The notes below the pieces were generated by a model. It was not told where the DNA came from. It ran no database searches and saw nothing but the letters and a program-made list of their open reading frames with translations. From assembly GCA_038861545.1 (NCBI GenBank), contig JAWCCZ010000001.1, positions 32,001-96,000 of the forward strand: a stretch of DNA of 64,000 nucleotides. Reading direction: 5' to 3'. Both the position numbers and the translations under genes were made by a program. Shown in pieces: positions 59,655 through 64,000 of the stretch; the first letter of the stretch is position 1, and each line of letters opens with the position of its first letter. This stretch comes from Thermofilaceae archaeon. GTDB lineage: Archaea; Thermoproteota; Thermoprotei; Thermofilales; Thermofilaceae.

Positions 59655-61025
59655 GTGTGCGTGAGAAAATATACACAGTTAGCTTACAAAGATGCAAATA
59701 ATATGGTATTCGGAAAGGCCTTACACCCGCTTCGATACGGCCTCGGGTTAAGTGTAGGTGAATGCCGAGTTATTCCTGAACTGAAGTATTGGCCTAACCG
59801 CACTGCGGATGAGTCCGGTAGGCTAGTAGCCGAGTTCGTTTCGATAACGCGCGATGCGTTGGAGAGGGCTATTGATCTAGGTGTTCAGGCGCTACAGCTA
59901 GAGACTGAGCTTAACCATGTAGCTACTCTGAATCCTCGATTGGCAAGGGAGATAGTTGAAGCTCAGAAAGGATTGATGGAAAGCTATCACAAGGAATACG
60001 GCATTGCGCTTGCACTAAGAGTTACAATCGCTGACGTGCGATGGACAAGGGAAGTGAGCAAAGAGGAGGCTTTAACTAGAATGTTAGAAGCATTTGAGGA
60101 GACTGCCGCCGCTGGGGTGGATGTTGTATCAATAGAATCCATTGGAGGTAAGGAAGTCTCAGATTATTCGATAATAAGGAACGATATTAAAGGTATAATC
60201 CTTTCTTTGGGTGTGCTAGCACCTCGTGATGTTGAAAAACTGTGGAAAGAAATCTTCAGCATTACGTCGAAATACGGTGTGCTGGCCGGCGGAGATTCAG
60301 CTTGTGGTTTTTCGAATACTGCAATGAAGCTGGCGGGAGGCTTTAAGCAAAAGATGCTCCCCCATGTTCTAGCGGCTGTGGTGCGGGCGATGAGCGCGGT
60401 AAGAACGCTTAAGGCGTTTGAGGCTGGTGCGCAAGGTCCAGGTAAAGATTGTGCGTACGAGAATGTAATTGTGAAAGCGATTACTGGCTACCCGATGGCA
60501 ATGGAGGGTAAGTCAGCGGCTATAGCCCATTCCAGCTTGGTGGGGAACGTTGCAGCAGCCGCCTGTGATCTATGGAGTAACGAGCAAGTTGAAAACTTGA
60601 AGCTCTTTGGCGGCACAGCCCCTCAGGTTTGCTTAGAGATACTTTACTACGACTGCGAAGTCATGAATGCTGCACTAGAAGCGGGATACGAGGAAAACTA
60701 TAGAGAGCTACTAGTATCCTCGAACGCCTGGCGTGATCCTCAAGCATTAGTTTTAGCGCCGCGATTTGCTTGGGAAATTGCCAAAGCTATTGTAATGGAA
60801 AACGATGACTATAGACGCGTACTGAGTGCTGGGCTCAGGGCAGTGGAGCTGATTAATCGAGAGTGGAAAAGTGGGAAATTAAAGCTAGATAGAAGGGAAG
60901 TAGAATACATACATAAACTTGATCAGGAGTTTAAAAGCTTACCCGATGACGAGGAAACTTTTCTAAGCAATGTTGCTACTCTATACGAAAGCAAAATCAA
61001 AGTTAAACTATCGGATTATCTTTAG
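59655..61025 (+). CDS. mtaB: Methanol:corrinoid methyltransferase MtaB homolog
   Basis: FGKA..P...G.G..VG, LETE, SIES.GGKE, GD..C...NTAM.LAGG, GPGKDC.YE, EGK..A.AHS, DLWSNE, YDC..MN, DPQA motifs. Confidence 0.9.
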   Translation: MCVRKYTQLAYKDANNMVFGKALHPLRYGLGLSVGECRVIPELKYWPNRTADESGRLVAEFVSITRDALERAIDLGVQALQLETELNHVATLNPRLAREIVEAQKGLMESYHKEYGIALALRVTIADVRWTREVSKEEALTRMLEAFEETAAAGVDVVSIESIGGKEVSDYSIIRNDIKGIILSLGVLAPRDVEKLWKEIFSITSKYGVLAGGDSACGFSNTAMKLAGGFKQKMLPHVLAAVVRAMSAVRTLKAFEAGAQGPGKDCAYENVIVKAITGYPMAMEGKSAAIAHSSLVGNVAAAACDLWSNEQVENLKLFGGTAPQVCLEILYYDCEVMNAALEAGYEENYRELLVSSNAWRDPQALVLAPRFAWEIAKAIVMENDDYRRVLSAGLRAVELINREWKSGKLKLDRREVEYIHKLDQEFKSLPDDEETFLSNVATLYESKIKVKLSDYL

Positions 61026-61210
61026 TGCACATGCTAGGGAGCTCAATGGCTCTCCTAATGTCTTCACGTATGATGAGGAAAATAATATTGAGTCTCTTTA
61101 AGAAGCTCTGTGTACAGTATTAAGTTTGAAGAGACTAGCGCCGTGTTTATAAGAAGTTGAACAAAGATTTTTCACCGCAAGCTTGAAAGAGGAGGATTTA
61201 ACAAAAATGT

Positions 61211-61930
61211 GTGGCAAGGCTCCTCTATCAATATGATAGCTACATTCGAGAATTCAAGGCAATCGTCGTGAAAGTCAAAGATAACAAAGTCTTTTTAGAT
61301 CAAACAGCTTTTCATCCAGGTCCCAGTGGTGGTCTAGATACCGATAAGGGTTTCTTAACCTCATTGAGTGGGGAGAAGTTTGATGTGTTACAGGTCTTTG
61401 AGGAGGAGGGTGACTTTGCCCACGTGGTATCGGAGGGAAAGCTACGGATCGGTGAAGAAGTGAAGGGAGTTATTGATTGGGAGAGGCGTTATAGGATGAT
61501 GAAATTACACACTGCTAGCCATGTTCTCCTAGCAATCCTCTATAAAAAGTACAATGCACTCGTTACGGGAGGACACATAACCCCAGATGAGGCTCGAGAT
61601 GACTTTGATATATCCGACGTTAAAGATTGGAAAGAGGCAATCATAACAGCTGTCGATGAGGCTAACAATTTGCTAAGAAAGAGTTTAGAGGTAAAAATCT
61701 ACTGGCTTCCAAGAGAAGAAGCTTTGAGAATTCCGGGTATAGTGAAACTCGCTGAACGTTTACCACCCAATACCCCTGAAGTACGAATAGTTGAGATACC
61801 TGGAGTCGATCTGCAAGCAGACGGTGGACCACATGTAAGGAACACGGGTGAGGTCGGCCAGATAATTGTCCGAAAGATGGAGAGCAAAGGAGCTAGAAGG
61901 AAACGAGTATACTATACAGTTAGACCCTAA
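61211..61930 (+). CDS. alaX: Alanyl-tRNA editing protein AlaX-M
   Basis: LY..DSY..EF.A, LDQTAF, IDWERRY.MM.LHTASH, D.QADGG.HV.NT.E.G motifs. Confidence 0.92.
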   Translation: MARLLYQYDSYIREFKAIVVKVKDNKVFLDQTAFHPGPSGGLDTDKGFLTSLSGEKFDVLQVFEEEGDFAHVVSEGKLRIGEEVKGVIDWERRYRMMKLHTASHVLLAILYKKYNALVTGGHITPDEARDDFDISDVKDWKEAIITAVDEANNLLRKSLEVKIYWLPREEALRIPGIVKLAERLPPNTPEVRIVEIPGVDLQADGGPHVRNTGEVGQIIVRKMESKGARRKRVYYTVRP

Positions 61931-62093
61931 ATTTACGGTAAGGTTTTAAAAGAATTTTAACGCGTTTATTTTCTAATAGATTTCTAAAGTTATCCAAGCT
62001 TTTCAGTAGCTGCCTAGATTAATAGATTAAATTATTTATATAATAAGTTTAAATTAACAAGGAAAATATATTTATCCAAGAATTAGAGAATTT

Positions 62094-63224
62094 TTATCGT
62101 TTAACCGGTATTTTATTCATTATCTTATCTACTGCTTTAAGACCGCTCCCTGTGAGAGGAATATACACCCGCGAACCGGCGTCAACAATTCCTTCAGCTT
62201 TAATGTTTTTTAATGCCGCTAAAGGAGTTGCAGCAGTTGGTTCCACGAAGAGGCCTATTTTAGCTAATCGTGATAGAGCTTCTAATATCATAGAGTCCTC
62301 AACTACAACTGCGTCACCTCCAGAGGTCTGTACAGCTTTGATTATTTGCTTGAGACGAGGTGGATTTGGAATCGCTATCCCGTCTGCAAAGGGCTCGGCA
62401 GGGGGTTCAACTCCGTGTGGACCATGTAATACATCGTAAACTGGCGTGTAACCAGCGGCTTGTACCGCTATGATAGCCGGTACGTTATCGATTAGACCGA
62501 GCTTCTTTAGCTCGCAGAAGCCTCCGTACATGCCAAGAAGTAGCCCACCACTGCCTACTGGAACAACTACTGCGTCTGGGAGCCCAGCTTGTTCGAAGCA
62601 CTCATATGCTAGAGTCTTCAATCCTTCGATAAAGTAGGGATTCCACATATGACTAGCATACACCGCATCACCTAGCTCAGCGAGGGCTTTCTCTCTGACA
62701 AGCGAACGGGCTCCTTCAACCTCCACTAACTCAGCACCATATAGGGAAATCTGTAATTTCTTGGAGCTAGGGGCATTAGCTGGCACGTAAACTTTGCACC
62801 GGATACCAGCTGCAGCTGAATAGGCGGCTACAGCAGCTCCAGCATTGCCTGAAGAGTCGATAACTATACTCTCTACTTCCAGCGCCTTTAAGTTTGAGAG
62901 CATTACGCTAGCTCCGCGGTCCTTAAATGACCCTGTAGGGTTCATGAAATCAAGCTTCAGGATAACCTCGTAACCTTCCATACGTCTAATCAAAACCGGA
63001 GTAAAACCCTCACCAAGCGAAACGAGACATTCGCTTTTAATTAAAGGTAATAAATCTCGGTAGCGCCATATGTTTTTTTCTCTTTCCGTTAATTTGGTGA
63101 AGCACAGTGAAGTTGAACTTAGGTCTTTCACTATATCGAATGGTGCCCCACATATACACTTCCAGGCTAATGAGTCGAAAGCGCATTTCACACCGCAGGA
63201 ACTGCAAGCAAGCCAGAATTGCAT
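62094..63224 (-). CDS. thrC: Threonine synthase-like PLP enzyme
   Basis: N-terminal zinc ribbon, IWRY, SLGEG.TP, NPTGSFKDRG, DSSGNAG, PVGSGG, VEPTAA and LTGSGLK motifs. Confidence 0.8.
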   Translation of the reverse strand: MQFWLACSSCGVKCAFDSLAWKCICGAPFDIVKDLSSTSLCFTKLTEREKNIWRYRDLLPLIKSECLVSLGEGFTPVLIRRMEGYEVILKLDFMNPTGSFKDRGASVMLSNLKALEVESIVIDSSGNAGAAVAAYSAAAGIRCKVYVPANAPSSKKLQISLYGAELVEVEGARSLVREKALAELGDAVYASHMWNPYFIEGLKTLAYECFEQAGLPDAVVVPVGSGGLLLGMYGGFCELKKLGLIDNVPAIIAVQAAGYTPVYDVLHGPHGVEPPAEPFADGIAIPNPPRLKQIIKAVQTSGGDAVVVEDSMILEALSRLAKIGLFVEPTAATPLAALKNIKAEGIVDAGSRVYIPLTGSGLKAVDKIMNKIPVKR

Positions 63225-63275
63225 AAAATTATCAGTTTAGGAATAATCTATAAAGGCTTCTCTTATAGTTCCTTT

Positions 63276-64000
63276 ATGACTGAGACCGTCATACTAGCCC
63301 ATGGCGATACAGATGGGGTTACTGCGGCTGCTATAGTGAAGGCCGCTTTGGGGGAGGGAGAGGTCTACTTCACGCACCCCATTGGTTTGCTCGGAGATTT
63401 CAAAAACTATACTAGAGATGCTGAAATTATAGTTATCTTGGACATATCCTTAGACGAGAGAAGCCTACCTGCACTGCTCTCCGAGTTCAGGAATCATAGG
63501 GGAGTAATTATTTACATAGATCATCATCCCCTCTCCACCAGTTTTCAGTTTGAGTACTCCCAACTTGAGGTTGTGCACGAGGAAAGCTCCTGCACGGCGG
63601 AGCTAGCGTTCCGCCGATTCAGGTTGAACTGGGAAATGAGTCGTGTAGCCCTTTATGGTGCAATAGGCGATTACTCGCTAAACACACAATGGGTGCAGGA
63701 CGCGTTAAGCCGCTGGGATATTAGAACCCTATTTATGGAGGCTGGGATCCTGATACTCGCATTAGACAGGATTGGTCGGAATTATGAAGTTAAGAGAGGA
63801 CTAGTAGATGAGCTTAGCAAGAATAAGCTTCCCAGCTCAATACATGGCATCATAAACCTAGCTTTAGAGCAATCCAAAACCAACGAAGAGATGAGGAAAA
63901 ACCTTCCAGATCTTGTACAAACCGGAGAATACTTAGCTTATGTCATAAACCCTCCAGGAAGTGTTGGGCTAGCGGCTTTTTACGCGGCTGTTATCAAAGA
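63276..64000 (+). CDS. DHH-family phosphoesterase (runs off the window end)
   Basis: Manually translated: MTETVILAHGDTDGVTAAA...ILDI...YIDHHP...CTAEL...GAIGD; no stop before 64000. Confidence 0.88.
   Translation, partial: MTETVILAHGDTDGVTAAAIVKAALGEGEVYFTHPIGLLGDFKNYTRDAEIIVILDISLDERSLPALLSEFRNHRGVIIYIDHHPLSTSFQFEYSQLEVVHEESSCTAELAFRRFRLNWEMSRVALYGAIGDYSLNTQWVQDALSRWDIRTLFMEAGILILALDRIGRNYEVKRGLVDELSKNKLPSSIHGIINLALEQSKTNEEMRKNLPDLVQTGEYLAYVINPPGSVGLAAFYAAVIK

Noticed and set aside
61070-61112. ATGATGA...TTGA downstream of mtaB
   Set aside because: The putative guides are AT-rich with no rRNA or tRNA complement in the window.
61931-62093. AT-rich gap between convergent genes with two TTATCCAAG copies, considered as a replication origin
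   Set aside because: No ORB-like repeats and far from cdc6; two 9-mers in AT-rich DNA are weak evidence.

Overview
Core-genome region of a hyperthermophilic crenarchaeon (Thermoproteota, most likely Thermofilaceae). This assignment rests on a GC-rich 16S-23S operon with no tRNA-Ala and no 5S, multi-intron tRNAs, a non-catalytic EndA subunit, and MtmB/MtaB homologs without Mcr in the window. Most of the window is housekeeping: translation, RNA processing, replication (RFC, Orc1/Cdc6), proteasome and Sec genes. Features absent from the ORF track that I read from the sequence: three tRNAs (Val-GAC with one intron, Leu-CAG with two introns, Pro-CGG), three box C/D guide sRNAs whose six guides all match the rRNA in this window, rpoP, and a partial DHH gene. 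The best candidate for an undescribed system is the apparent operon at 20118-25651: an ABC half-transporter with a fused DUF1854-like domain, a pyrrolysine-free MtmB, a tandem-SAF protein and a UxaA/SuyB-family lyase with altered conserved motifs. A second ABC/DUF1854 locus and an intact MtaB-like gene lie about 35 kb away. Also notable are an apparently catalytically dead TtuA/NcsA paralog (Ctu2/Ncs2-like) and an arginine-synthetase-like gene coupled to an agmatinase-family gene. No CRISPR array or intact mobile element was seen. All family assignments come from motif recognition, not database searches.
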